In this document: positions 8,378 to 20,769 of the stretch, piece by piece
Layout of the letters: every line of letters starts with the position of its first letter
Numbering within the stretch: position 1 is the first letter of the stretch
Origin: Azolla caroliniana
Taxonomy: Eukaryota; Plantae; Polypodiophyta
Assembly: GCA_043228905.1 (NCBI GenBank)
Contig: JBHGNT010000005.1
Coordinates: 3,348,001-3,412,000, forward strand
Direction: 5' to 3'
DNA length: 64,000 nucleotides
Position numbers and translations under genes: made by a program
Notes under the pieces: model-generated
The model's database searches: none
What the model saw: only the letters and a program-made list of their open reading frames with translations
What the model was told of the DNA's origin: nothing

Positions 8378-8959
8378 GTGTCAAAGAGTACAATTAAAGG
8401 AGTTCTTCCTAACATTGTTGGTGGTAAATATTTCAAAAATTCTTTTGTTTGGAAGATTGTTTTAGTTAATGCTTTATGGGTGTGGTGGAAGTGTCATTGC
8501 AGCAAGAAATATGAAGGCATCGAGTGTAACAATGTGGTGGATATGGTTAAGATGTTCTAGGACAACTTGGTGCATACAATTAAGCGAGGTTATGATAGTA
8601 GTAAAGGAACGCCGGAAAAGGTGCATAAGAAAAAACGACAATTTCATAAAATATGGTGGCAAATACCTCTCTGGTTGGATGAGTCACATAAAGATCGTTG
8701 GAATTATACTCCACCACGTTGGCTATTCCCTCCTCCTAGTCCTTATTCAAAGATAATTGTGCGGTATATAGTTTCTTCTTTCCATTTTAACTTACATGTT
8801 GACAAGAAGGACATAAAAGAGGTGGATGTGATAGGGGCAGTCGTGTGGAGTGACAGGGGCGAGATGTGCATGCGGAAAATGAAGCATCTTTTGTATTTTG
8901 GATAAGGACGAGTGATGATGGTATTGAGGGTTGTAACATAATTTAATGGGGAGATGAGG

Positions 8960-9692
8960 AGAGTGATGTCATTTTGTTTTTGTAGGTACACGATTTTGGT
9001 GGTAAATCGGTGAGAGTGAGATGGTTGATGTGGACTTAATGAAGCACAATTCATGTTTTTTATAAGGATGAGTGACGGTGGTGTGGGGGCGTTGATGTGG
9101 ACTTAATGAAGCACAATTCATGTTTTTTATAAGGATGAGTGAAGGTGATAAGCATATTCTCTTGAGACGACTAGACTCACTTAGATGTTTGTATGTACAG
9201 GATTTTGGCGGTAATCGGCGAGATGTTTGATGTGGACTTGATGAAGCGGAATTTATGTTTTTGGATATGGATGGGCAATGAGGGTGTGGAGGGCAAAGCA
9301 TATTCTCATGAGGAAATGAGGAAACAAGACTCATTGTATTGTTGTATGTGCAAGATTTTAGTGGTATTCGGCAAGATGGTTGATGTGGACTTAATGAAGT
9401 AGAATTTATGTTTTCGATAAGGATGAGTGACGATGGTGTGGAGTTGAAAAGCATATTCTCATGAGGTGGTGAGGAATTTAGACTCATTTTATTGTTATAT
9501 GTGCAAGAATTTGGTGGTAATCGACAAGATGGTTGATGTGGACGTAACGAAGCCATTTTTATGTTTTTGATAAGGATGAGTGATGATGGTGTGGGGCCGA
9601 AGCATAAGCTCATGAGGAAAGGAGGAAACTTGACTTACTTTGTTGTTGTATGTACAGGAATTTGGTGGTAACCTAAGAGATGATTGATGTGG
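8960..9692. repeat. Degenerate ~153-bp tandem satellite (about 5 units)
   Basis: TTGATGTGGA anchor at 9025, 9092, 9227, 9380, 9533 and 9684, with recurring ATAAGGATGAGTGA and AGCATATTCTC blocks. Confidence 0.85.
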
Positions 9693-9865
9693 AAAGAGGA
9701 CGCATACTTGTTGAGTTTACAGTCACGAATGTGACATGTGGTTCTCTTGAAAAAGCACATAACGTATTTGATCGCCTTCAAATCCAAGATGAGCACCTGC
9801 TGCCTCGGAATCATCCAACGTTATTATGAATTGGGAGGTTTTCAATTAAATTATTTGATGAAATG

Positions 9866-10330
9866 TGTCACGGACACACCAACTGTGGATGCGGACACAA
9901 CACGGATGATGGGGTTACGAGCGTTGAACTTAAGAAGCTAGGAATGACACACTGAGCATGAAGACAAATATGAAGAAGGAGACAAGATGGAATGAAACGA
10001 GAATACTGTAATGATGTGTCAATGACTGGCATTGAATACCCTAAAAGGGACCAATGAGGTTACACGTATTTATACATGTTCCGAGATTGAATATACTCAT
10101 GAAATATCTCTAGAATATACCCGTTTAGAATACACCATAGAATATTTCTAGAATACACTAATGGCTCTAGAATATTCTGGAATGTATATATGGTAGAATA
10201 ACAATACTAAACAATTATATATAAATATATGCTTATATTGAATTGGTTAGGCATGACGTCTTGTAGATGTGAGGTTGTAGTTTCAATCCATAAGTCTAAC
10301 TATGTATTATGATGTCACTATGTCGTGACA
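9866..10330 (-). mobile_element. Solo LTR (465 bp) carrying a heat-shock-element array
   Basis: Terminal inverted repeats TGTCACG/CGTGACA. Near-TSD AAATG 9861-65 / AGATG 10331-35. Minus-strand TATAAATA at 10067-74. Strand is inferred from the TATA box. Confidence 0.7.
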
Positions 10331-10502
10331 AGATGCAATTCATTCATACAGAGTGAGATCCATGGTGTTGGATTCATTTGTTTTTGACATTGGGAATCAA
10401 ACTATTGTTGACGGAACCACCTGTATTTATGTATATTATCATTGATTGCACAAATTGCCACAATGCTTCTTTTTGTTACAAGGTCAAAAACTACACTAAA
10501 AG

Positions 10503-10912
10503 TAACAACCGACAACGGTTCCGTTTGAACCAAACAAGTTTGATTCAAGTTTAGGTTTTTTTTAATGGTTTGGTTCGGTTTCAACAGTTAGAAACCGTGG
10601 TTTAAACGGTTTAATGGGTTTTTTTAAAAACAATCTTTCAACTTTCAAGCCTTATTCTCACATTTGAGGAAAATCCTTAAAATTTTGAAAAATTAAAGAT
10701 TAAAAGAATGAAATATTTTAAATTTTAAATTTTGACAGAATTTGAAAACCAAAACCGAATCACAAAACTACGGTTTTAATAGTTTAATGGTTTGAAAATT
10801 TTTTAACAGTTTGGTTTAATGGTTTCGTGGTTCGGTTCAGTTCAAGTTTCAAAATTTTTAAACAATTCGGTTTTGACACTCTCAAACCGAACCGAATCGT
10901 TGCCGATTGTTA
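10503..10912. mobile_element. hAT-type MITE / non-autonomous DNA transposon (410 bp)
   Basis: Perfect 8-bp TSD ACTAAAAG at 10495-10502 and 10913-10920. Imperfect TIRs TAACAACCGACAACGGTTC / GAATCGTTGCCGATTGTTA. Many subterminal AACCG/CGGTT motifs. Confidence 0.88.
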
Positions 10913-11228
10913 ACTAAAAGCAGAATCCATAATTTGCTTATCAAGAAGAGCTTCAATTGGAAGAAAGTGTTTATCACATGGAATTCCTCAAAGATTCACA
11001 AACAATGGTTATTGTCATCGGCGAAGATTTTCCAATTCAAGTGATAGGAGTTCATCGGAGAAGATTGTCCGATTCAAGTCATAGGAGTACTCACATTGCA
11101 TTCTTCTTCATCTTGCTGATCTAGAGAATGGTATGGCTTGGTTGTACTTTCTTTACTCGTCCATTACTTTACAAGGATTTTTATCGTTATCTTTACTTAT
11201 AAAGCTTGGCTAGGGTCATTCAGCACGG

Positions 11229-11841
11229 TGTCGTGAAGAAAACCGTCCACGAGCGGAATCGGTGCGCCGGAGCATAGGAACCGGCTCTTCATGCACGTAC
11301 GTCTTATGTTGTACATAGAAGATCCTAGGTAGGAAGATTCGGTAGGTAAGAAGTTAATAGGAAACGGCTCCCTTCTTGCCTATAAAAGGAGGGAGACGAG
11401 GAGGAGGGATTGCGAAGTAAGAGAGGACGAAGTGCTGTCGGATTGTGGGCCGAAGGCTTCTCTCTCTTCCAAACTCCATAGCTCCTTTCTATGCAGGTTT
11501 CGGGAGGCTCGCGCTGCTCTGAGGAATGCCCGAGTGCTTCCGGCAGCACCTCCAACCTACTCCTTTCTTTCTGTGCGTTTACGAACAGGCATCAACATCT
11601 GTTCGCCGGCCTGTTCGGTTGTAACCGACTTCGTCCTCTTGTTGTTTTGTCTTTGTTAATACATACATACATTTGTATCTCTCTGTGTCGCTGTCCCACT
11701 CGCGTCTTTGGGTCGAAGGGCCGTGTCCCTATGGATCTACGCTCGCACGTAGTGGGTCTCTTCTCCTTTCTCTCTTGCTCTTCGGTACAGGACCCCCGAG
11801 GTCCCGCCTCGTTCCACGCATCCGCGAGGAATACCTCGACA
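11229..11841 (+). repeat. 5' LTR of Gypsy copy B (613 bp)
   Basis: TG...CA. About 16 substitutions by eye, nearly all transitions, plus one 3-bp GAG indel versus the 3' LTR. TATA-like CTATAAAAGG. Confidence 0.95.
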
Positions 11842-11844
11842 TCT

Positions 11845-11862
11845 TGGTGAACCCGACGTGAA
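11845..11862 (+). promoter_or_regulatory. tRNA-Trp primer-binding site of copy B
   Basis: TGGTGAACCCGACGTGAA, 3 nt after the LTR. Confidence 0.85.
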
Positions 11863-11884
11863 GGAGGCGGCAGAAGAGTAGAAG

Positions 11885-14012
11885 ATGAAGGGGTCGGATC
11901 TGGCAGAGGCCATGGCTTCGGCCGTGGATCGGATATTGAGTGCACGCGAGGGCACCGGCGCCCTCGACAGAGCCATTGAGGCGGTCGTCGGTACGATCGG
12001 CCGGTTCAGCGGAAAGGATGCCACGAAGTATTTGGCGTCCTACGGGGCAGAAATGCTGATGCGGGACATTCCGGAAGAGAGGTGTCTTGCCGGGTTTCCT
12101 CGAGTGGCGATGCCGAGCATCCATGCGGAGGTGCTCGAGGTGCGTGCGGAGAGCCATACCTGGGAGGAGTTCGAAGGCCGACTCCTAGAAAAATACGGGT
12201 TGGACGACGCGCTCCGGCTTTCGAAACGGGACTTCATGGAATGGGTGGAGTCCCCCGGCAAGGGAAGAAACGCGTTGGCACTCCTCCGGGAGTTCGAAGA
12301 ACGCTTTGCGCGCCTTTCGGCGCTTGACCGAACCGTTCTGGATACGAGCCGGGTCCTACTGTTCGTCAAGTCGGTGGACGAGCGGGACCAGGATCAAGTC
12401 GGCTCTTTGCTGGAAACCGAAGACGGGCTGACGACCGACTGGGCTGCGGTTAAGAGAGTCTGTGGCCGTTTCAACAAACGGCGAGAATGGGCTGACAACG
12501 GGGCGGCTGGTGCGGGCTCTGTCACATCAAGGAGGCTTGAACCGGCACCGCAAGGGCGAAGGGAAGAAACCCGGGAATGGCTAGAAACCGGTCCGGCTTC
12601 GACCGGCATGGTCAGTGGCTCGTCCGGAGGAGCAGCGCTGGAGGAGTTGACGCGGGCGATAAAGGATCTCCAGATCGCCCAGACTCGAAGGGAAGGCGGC
12701 GAACCGGCTCGTGACCGACGGCCGGTAGCAGGGAACAGGTGCATGTGGTGCGACGAGGTCGGCCACATCCGGAAGGACTGCAGCGATTTCGCTGAGGTGT
12801 TGAGGAACCGGGTGGTGTACCTGTGGGAAGGCCGGGTGCACGCCGACGATACCAGAAGGGCCCTAAACCGAAACGACGGGCGAGGAGGTATGAAGAGACT
12901 GATGGAAGAGGCAGCGGCCCGACACGTGGAAGCCATCCACTACTCGGCGTCGGCCGGTATTCGGGTCGGGGGCAGCGAGGCCCTGAAAGGAGGGCAAAGA
13001 CGGATTCTGGTCGGCAATGCTGGGAGGTCTTGCCGGCACACGGCTGAGGAAAGATGAAACGGACCACGCTGAGAGATGGGTCCGGGAAATAACCGGGTGG
13101 AGCGATCCGGTCGAGGAGAAGACGGGCTTCGTAGAAGCCGCCTGCCGGAACTACGAGGCTCTGGTAGAAGACAAACGAGTGGGGAAAGCCAGAGCGGCCG
13201 GGCCCTCACAACGGTACGAGACCCGATTCGGGCAACGACGGAACAATGCCGGTGGGTCCAACTCGCAGGATAACCCCAGGAAGGGCGGATACCGACTGGG
13301 GACGGAAATAGAAAGGACCACGGACCTACGAAAGGTCCTAGAAGAGCGGATCCTCGACAGCAAAGTGGAGCTGTCATTGCGGGAGGTGCTAGGGATCGCT
13401 AAGAAAGAGTTCCACGACTCCATTGTGGACTTGGTGAAGCGGAAGAGGCTGTCAACGGAGACGGAACCGGAAAGGCCGGTGGAGGTGCAGACGACGCACA
13501 TCGACGACTTGGCGCTGGAAGATGAGTGGGCGGAGAGCCACTATTCGAGGCCACACTGGGCCCGAGCGACCACGGAGACCCCGGTAAAGATCGGAGATGT
13601 TCAGAAACCGGTGGTGGCATTGGTGGACCACGGTTCGGAAATAAACCTGATGTCCATGGACTTCTATAAGAAGGGAAAGTGGCCAATCAACACCAAGCAC
13701 GGGTGGAAGATACGGGCGGCGACGCGCGCCACCGAGGAACTGCACAGGGCCTGCCCGAACGTGCGAGTCAAGATCGGTGACGTCGAGATTGACCAGCACT
13801 TCTTCGTACAGGAGACGTCCTCGCACCCGGTCATATTAGGGGAACCATACATCACGGCGGCGTGAATGGAGACCAAGGTGCTGGACAATGGTTCGGCCTA
13901 CGCGAGGGTCAAAAGCCAGGACGGGCGCCATTCGGTTCAATTTCTGACGGTGCGGCCGAACCACGAGCGAAACCGCGAATCCCTCGGTGGCGAGAACCGG
14001 GAGGATTTTTAG
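11885..14012 (+). pseudogene. gag: Disrupted gag-protease of copy B
   Basis: Colinear with copy A, with a +1 insertion near 12985-12995 and TGA at 13863-65 where copy A has CGG. Confidence 0.92.
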
Positions 14013-17000
14013 AGAGGGCTGCCAAGGCGTGGGGCCAAGACAGCCCAGACACTCGGGAAAGAACCCCACGACTGTACGATAGAACCGAAACCGAAGATAC
14101 CTTGCACGATAGGTAGGAAATTTTGCTTCTCCAACGACGGAGGGTGTGTAATGGTCGGCATCGTTGGCCGAGAAAAGGCAAGGGCGGAGGAGCGACTTCG
14201 AGTGTGCGGAGTCCTTGGCCCAGACGAGGAAATCAGCGGAGCCGTGGAGGCGGTCTCCTTCGACGACACCTTGGGAATGCTGAGGAAGGTAGCGGAGAAG
14301 ACCTTAACGAAGACCGGATGATACTGGTATGTTCCGAAGAGATGTACGAAGTCATCGCGGACTTCAGTCAGGGGCTCGGGTCGGATCGAACGACCCGAGT
14401 TAGCACGAAGTACAAGACTGTGGACCGGAAGGTAAGGCCAGTCGCGGCACCCTTACCGGAGGGCAGCGAGTCCCGGATCAGAGGGGTTCCGTCGGACCCC
14501 AGTTTACGAGATCCGGTCTGCATAGGACACACCTTCACCGACGGAACGCTCCGAGAGCTCAAAATCGGTGGGGGCGGGTTCCTACTACCGGCGGAGGAAG
14601 ACCGGTTTCGGAGAATGCTCGGAAGGCACGGGAAAGCCTTCGCATTCTCGCCGGAAGAGATCGGGTGCGTAGACCCGACAATCGTGGAGCCGATGGTGAT
14701 AATCACGGTATCGCATGTACCGTGGAATCTCAAGCCGATTCCAGTACCGAGAGCTCACATCCCGAAGTTGATGGAGCTATTGAGGCAGAAAGTCGATATG
14801 GGTATTCTCGAACTGTCGAGCGCGCCATACTCGAACCGATGGTTTACCATACCAAAGAAAAACGGAACATTGCGCTTCATTCAGGACCTGCAGCCGGTCA
14901 ACAGAGTGACCATTCAGAACGCAGGAATCGGACCGACCATAGACGAGTTCGCGGAGGCCTTCGCCGGGAGGTCGATTTACTCGGTCGGTGATCTGTACTC
15001 GGGGTACGACCAGTTCCAGCTAGCCGTGGAGAGCAGAGACATTACGACGATGCGAACTCCCCTCGGCCTAGTGCGAATGTGTACCCTGCCACAAGGAGGG
15101 ACCAACTCGGTGGCCCACATGGTGAATGCAATGAACAAGTTACTGAGGGATTGCATCCCGGACATCACCATGCCATTTCTAGACGATATCCCGATCAAGG
15201 GGTGCCCGGTGGAAGAGAAGGACACGACACTCGGACCGGATGGATGCCGGCGATTCGTGGCAGCACACATCGACGACTGCGAGAAGGTGCTACAAAGGCT
15301 AGAGGATGCGAGGCTCACCTTCTCCGGGGAGAAATCGGCCTTCGGGCAATCAGAAATCCTGGTGGTCGGACACCTATGTGGACCATATGGCCGGAAGCCG
15401 TCTCTGGCAAAAGTAGAAGCCATCTCCGCGATGAAGACCGACTGTAGCTCGGTTACGGAAGTTCGGAGGTTCCTGGGGGCATGCGCATTCTACCACATGT
15501 GGATCCCGCACTACGCCCACGTTGTGGAGCCGCTATACGGGTTGCTGAAGAAGGGGCGGAAATTCGAGTGGCGAGACAAGCACACGGAGTCGGTCCGGAA
15601 GCTGAAGGAAGCTCTTGCGGCAGCACCGGCGCTCCGGAAGGCTGTCTACGAGAAGGGTACCCCGGTATACATAACGGTGGACACGAGTCCGACCGGAATC
15701 GGATGGGTCGTCAACCAAGAAGACAAGGACGGCATTCGGTTCCCGATCCGATTCGGCGCGAAGGTCCTCAGTGAGCGACAACGAGGGTACGTCCAGGTTA
15801 AACGCGAACTCTGGGGTATCGTTTCGGCAGTAAAGGCTGACAAAGACTACCTGATCGGGACGGAAGTGATTATCGAGACGGATTGCCTGCCAATTCTCGG
15901 CATGGTTTCCAGATGCGCAACACCGGACCTGGCAATGCTCAGGTGGATAGCGTACATCAAGTCCCTGGATTCGGAAATACGACACATTTCCGGAGAGGAC
16001 AATGCCATGGCCGACATGCTTTCGAGGGCGAGGTTTGATGACGAGGGAGGCATGGTTTCGGAGGACGAAGAAGTCGGCGTGGACTTCTTCGAGGCGGCGT
16101 ACATGACGACCGATGGGACGAGCACTCCGGCACTTAACGACTTCGACGAGAGCAAGTACGACGGCGAGTGGCTCCAGATCGGTGGATTTTTGAGGACAAT
16201 GACGCCGGATGCGTCATGGACGAAGGACGAGGCCAACCGGATCCGGAAGAAAGCTTACCGATTCTTTCTCCGGGACGGATACTTATGGAAGCACCCGAAG
16301 AAGAGGAACGGCGTCCCGCTCCGGGTGGTGGCGAGGAAGGAAGAACAGGAGGAGCTGCTGACGGCCTACCACGACAGCCCTTGGGCCGGACACCGTGGAA
16401 CCTGGGCCACGTTCGAGAAGATAAAGGGGAAGTATTGGTGGCCGGGACTGTACCGGGACGTGCATCGGTTCGTGACAACTTGCGAGAGCTGTCAGATGCA
16501 CTCCATAGTCCGACACCGGGACGAACTTCACCCTACGTACCCTCCAACCATCCACTTCAAATGGATGGTAGACCTGGTGACGATGCCGATGGGAGTAGGA
16601 CAGATGCGGTATCTGGTCCTGGCTCGGGAACATCTGACGAACCAGGTGGAAGGTTGGGCCCTTCAGAACAAAACGACTGCAGTCGTATGTCGGTTCCTGC
16701 TCGAGGACGTAATATGCCGGTACGGGTGCGTCGGGAAGATCGTGGCTGATCGCGGGGAGTTGGACGCCGAAGAGGCCGAGGAGCTGTTCGACCGGTTAGG
16801 GGTCAAGCTCTCGCTTACCACTACGTACAATCCAGAGGCAAATGGAAAGGTGGAGTGCGGACACGGACCGATCGTCAAGGCGTTAGTTCGGGCATGCGGA
16901 GGGCAAGTCGGGAACTGGCCACGGCTGCTGCCTTACGCGTTGTGGGCTGACCGAACTACGCACAGTTCGGTAACTGGATTCATGCCGGCAGAGCTCATGT

Positions 17001-17506
17001 TTGGGCAGAAGCCGGTCATGCCGATGGAACATACGATCTCCTCATGGGCAACCGTGGACTGGAGAGACGAGATGAGCCGGGAGGAACTGTTGGCGGCGCG
17101 CATACGACAGCTCGAGCGAAGACCGGAGGACGTGGAGCAGGCTGCGGGAAAGCTTCGGGTGGCAAGGACGAGGAACAAAGCCCGGTTCGACCAGACGGAC
17201 CGGCTCCGACCGAAGAAGATCGAAGAAGGCGACTGGGTGCTAGTCTATGACAGCAGCCTTGACAACCAGCACCGAGCAACACGGAAGTTCGCAAGAAGGT
17301 GGTTCGGGCCTTACGTGGTACGAAGCGCCAACGACAACGGGACGTACCATCTGGCGGAACTCGACGGCACGACAATGGCGATACCAGTAGCTGGGAAGCG
17401 GATCAAAGCGTTCAAGAAGCGTCACGACGACGAGCCGGATCCGAATAACCTGGACCGGGACGACGAACGATCCGAAACCGAAGAAGAACCGACGGGCGAG
17501 GAATAA
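14003..17506 (+). pseudogene. pol: pol of copy B; RT-RH-INT core open, N-terminal linker broken by indels and a stop
   Basis: Slippery site at 14003-09. Net +7 nt before 14132 and -1 nt near 14295 relative to copy A. In-frame TAG at 14114-16. The core from about 14300 to 17506 is uninterrupted. Confidence 0.9.
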
Positions 17507-17579
17507 AGGCTGGACCAGTTTTCTCCGTCCCAACTCAATTTGGCGCATGCCGGTGGATGCGCGGTTAGGTGGGGGCGGA

Positions 17580-18195
17580 TGTCGTGAAGAAAACTGTCCA
17601 CGAGCGGAATCGGTGCGTCGGAGCTTAGGAACCGGCTCTTCATGCACGTACGCCTTACGTTGTACATAGAAGATCCTAGGTAGGAAGATTCGGTAGGTAA
17701 GAAGTTAGTAGGAAACGGCTCCCTTCTTGCCTATAAAAGGAGGGAGACGAGGAGGAGGAGGGATTGCGAAGTAAGAGAGGACGAAGTGTTGTCGGATTGT
17801 GGGCCGAAGGCTTCTCTCTCTTCCAAACTCCATAGCTCCTTTCTGTGCAGGTTTCGGGAGGCTCGCGCTGCTCTGAGGAATGCCCGAGTGCTTCCGGCAG
17901 CACCTCCAACCTACTCCTTTCTTTCTGTGCGTTTACGAACAGGCATCGGCATCTGTTCGCCGGCCTGTTCGGTTGTAACCGACTTCGTCCTCTTGTTGTT
18001 TTGTCTTTGTTAATACATACATACATTCGTGTCTCTCTGTGTCGCTGTCCCACTCGCGTCTTTGGGTCGAAGGGCCGTGTCCCTGTGGATCTATGCTTGC
18101 ACGTAGTGGGTCTCTTCTCTTTTCTCTCTTGCTCTTCGGTACAGGACCCCCGAGGTCCCGCCTCGTTCCACGCATCCGCGAGGAATACCTCGACA
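17580..18195 (+). repeat. 3' LTR of Gypsy copy B (616 bp)
   Basis: Direct repeat of 11229-11841, preceded by the PPT. Confidence 0.95.
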
Positions 18196-19308
18196 ACGGC
18201 TTCACAACATTGCTTGTAATATTGGACTACTTTGTATATTGCCGCTAACCACTTTACTTTTAATACCAATACATGATATTTCTCTTGAAAAAACGAGAGC
18301 ATCTTTGTAGGTTCCACAAGGGCATAAACATATTCTCTCATGGAGAGCCTCCTTAGGAACTTCATTCATGTTGAGACATTGTTGAAGACGAATTGTTTGT
18401 GTCTACCAATAGGGTCTTTCATGTCAAGCCTATAGGAACAAACTCTTCAATGACTTTATGAGGAAGCTTGGTCTCCTATGTGCCCTCCTAATTTGCTACC
18501 CTAGGATTGGATTGTGGAAGCTTCAACATTCTTTATTATGGGAAATAATATCATATTTCTTAGTTGTAACAAACCATATGAGGCATTAGTATTTTCACTC
18601 TCAACTCTTAGTCATAAGCCAAATATATGTAAGGAATATGGTTACATTGTCATTTGTGGGGAACCACCCTATATTATGTAGGAAAGGTTAATGGCCAATG
18701 GGCTTGTAATGTAAAAGGGATGTACAATATTTTTCGATCTAGTTAATGGAAAGTATAAGTTATGGGCATACATGAAAACAAGGTCTTTGTTTTGATTTTG
18801 TGGGTTTGGGTTTACAAGATTAATGGTGTAAATTAGAACAATCAAATTTAGTTGTGATTAAGCCACCATTAATCTTCTAAACTAAACTTGTAAGTTGTGA
18901 CCCCAAATTTGTTAAATAACTATTTGTATATGTTGATTCTAAGTACCCATGTAGGCAAATAAACTATATATCGATAGGTTTCTTTCTATTGGCATGGCGG
19001 GAAGGCGAGATGCAGGTGCAGAGCACGGCGGGAAGAGGAAGTGACGAGCAGGAGCAGGAACGTGGCGACGCGCGTTGGTTAGCTCTGCGCGTGGTGACCA
19101 AGTGTTGCTGCAGTAGGAGAGAGCTTTGGCCGCTCCTCGGTGGCTGTCCTGCGCTTATCAGCGACGGTTCTACTCAAAGGCGTTGACAAGTACCCGCAAC
19201 CCCCCTCCCCCCAACAACAAATTAATTAATAGAAGGGAAAAAAGAACAGACACAAAAAACACAAAAGGAAGGGAAGGGAAAAACCAGAAAACGGAACCAT
19301 AGAGTGCA

Positions 19309-20769
19309 ATGGTGGGAGAAACTGAACTTCCAACAGATCCCACCGCGCTACATGAAGAAGGCGGAGTAGATCTTGACCTCACCCTGTCCCCAGAGGCCAA
19401 TCAGCTCTTAGTGGAGGAAATCGAATGCCTTCGGCGTACTTCCTTTGTATGTAGGTTCCTTTCAGGTAGACCAAGTCGAGGCATGGTTCGGGATATGTTG
19501 CAAGTGGCTGTGATGGAAAACATGCCTCCGATCAAGAACGTCTGAGGTTTAGGGAAAAACTTCTTCCACATTGAATTGGGTGATGGCGCGTTGGCGCAGC
19601 CATTGGTAGGGCTCAAGGTACTTGAACTGAAGTACGGCAAGGTGTTGCTCCAGCCGTGGTCCCCAGGGTTCAATCCAATTGAGGAGTTGCGAAAACTTAA
19701 CAATCCTCGGGTGATCACTGCAACATTTCCTGGCCTCCCTCCCCACTTGTGCCACCTGCTTCCTTTTTTTGGCGAACAAATAGGGACAATTTGCCCAAAA
19801 AAAATGTCCATGGCAGATACAGTAGCGGAGGTGCCCAAGCTACGCATCTTGGTGCCTTCCCTCCATGGACTCCCAACAAGAATTAGGCTCTCCTCTGAGG
19901 AGCTAGGTCTCACAATGGTGAATGTGGTGTATGAGGGACTCCCTGGGCAATGTTTCATTTGCAAACAAAAAGGACACCTAGCTAAGGAATGTCCTCGTAA
20001 GACCGGAAAGGGAAGCTTGGGACCTCGAACCTCAGGGAAGGCCGCGCCAACCAAGGGCAGCGAGGCTCCTTGGCACCCCGTTAAGGGAAAACTTGGAAAC
20101 TTAGGTGCAGCCTCTCCCAACCTCTCTCAAGACTATCCCATAGATAGAAGTTCTCTTACCCCGTCACCAGCAAGCGTGGACGAACAACCCTTGAAACGGG
20201 TGAAGATCCTCTCGGGGAGTGCGGAGGCGCACGACCTACATGTGAGAGCGTCCAACAGATTTACATTGCTTCAAGGGCTAGGGGATGGCGACCCAGAAGC
20301 ATTGGCAGCAGCGATGTCCCCGTGTGAATCCTTGTCCTTTACCCCACGAGATCCTAAGCTCGTGTTCTCCACCCCGGTGGAGATGCTACCACAACTGATA
20401 CCGTTCACCCCGGAGGAGATGTTGACAAAGGCCCCCCTCACGATGGAGCGTGAATGCAGTGGTGACCTCATATTAGTGAAATCGTGGATCCGGTCAGGCA
20501 AGTTCAAGGGTAAAGGGAAGGGTAATGTACGCAGACCATCACCCGGTGTGGCAACGTCTCTTTGGGATAAAGGGGTGCAGGACATGCAACCGATTAGGAG
20601 CCAAAATGTATCAAGGGAACTATTTGAAGCAGGCCAAGATCGGCAGGCCGGGAATCCCTTAGGGGCTCTCCAATCTACTGTGGAGTCCCTACCCCCAGAA
20701 GTAGATGATAGTTCGCCCCTTCACATGGGAGTCGGCCCCGACATGGGCGTCAACCTCACCGCCTTTTGA
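19309..20769 (+). pseudogene. LINE ORF1 (DUF4283-like region plus CCHC zinc knuckle)
   Basis: Knuckle CFICKQKGHLAKEC and WSPGFNP motif. One in-frame TGA at 19543-45 splits two same-frame ORFs. Confidence 0.85.

Larger units (their letters stand above)
1..8750 (+). mobile_element. Degenerate L1-type LINE ORF2 3' remnant, split by the Gypsy (345-7469) and the Copia solo LTR (7674-8377)
   Basis: Removing the Gypsy and one TSD joins WLMLHYALPVG...HCVR to CQVQEETLKHLFWTCSVARKYWGRI, a zf-RVT-type CCHC motif. 8567-8750 encodes RWNYTPPRWLFP, similar to the C-terminus RWNYQPPHWLFP of the LINE ending at 25060. Several stops are present. Confidence 0.8.
11229..18195 (+). mobile_element. Full-length but decayed Ty3/Gypsy element (copy B, same family as copy A)
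   Basis: LTRs at 11229-11841 and 17580-18195. 4-bp TSD ACGG at 11225-28 and 18196-99. Same PBS and PPT as copy A. Frameshifts and a nonsense codon. Confidence 0.97.

Noticed and set aside
14123-14300. Arg/Gly-rich N-terminus of the copy B pol ORF as a new domain
   Set aside because: It is the linker read out of register between two indels. The copy A register gives the conserved peptide.
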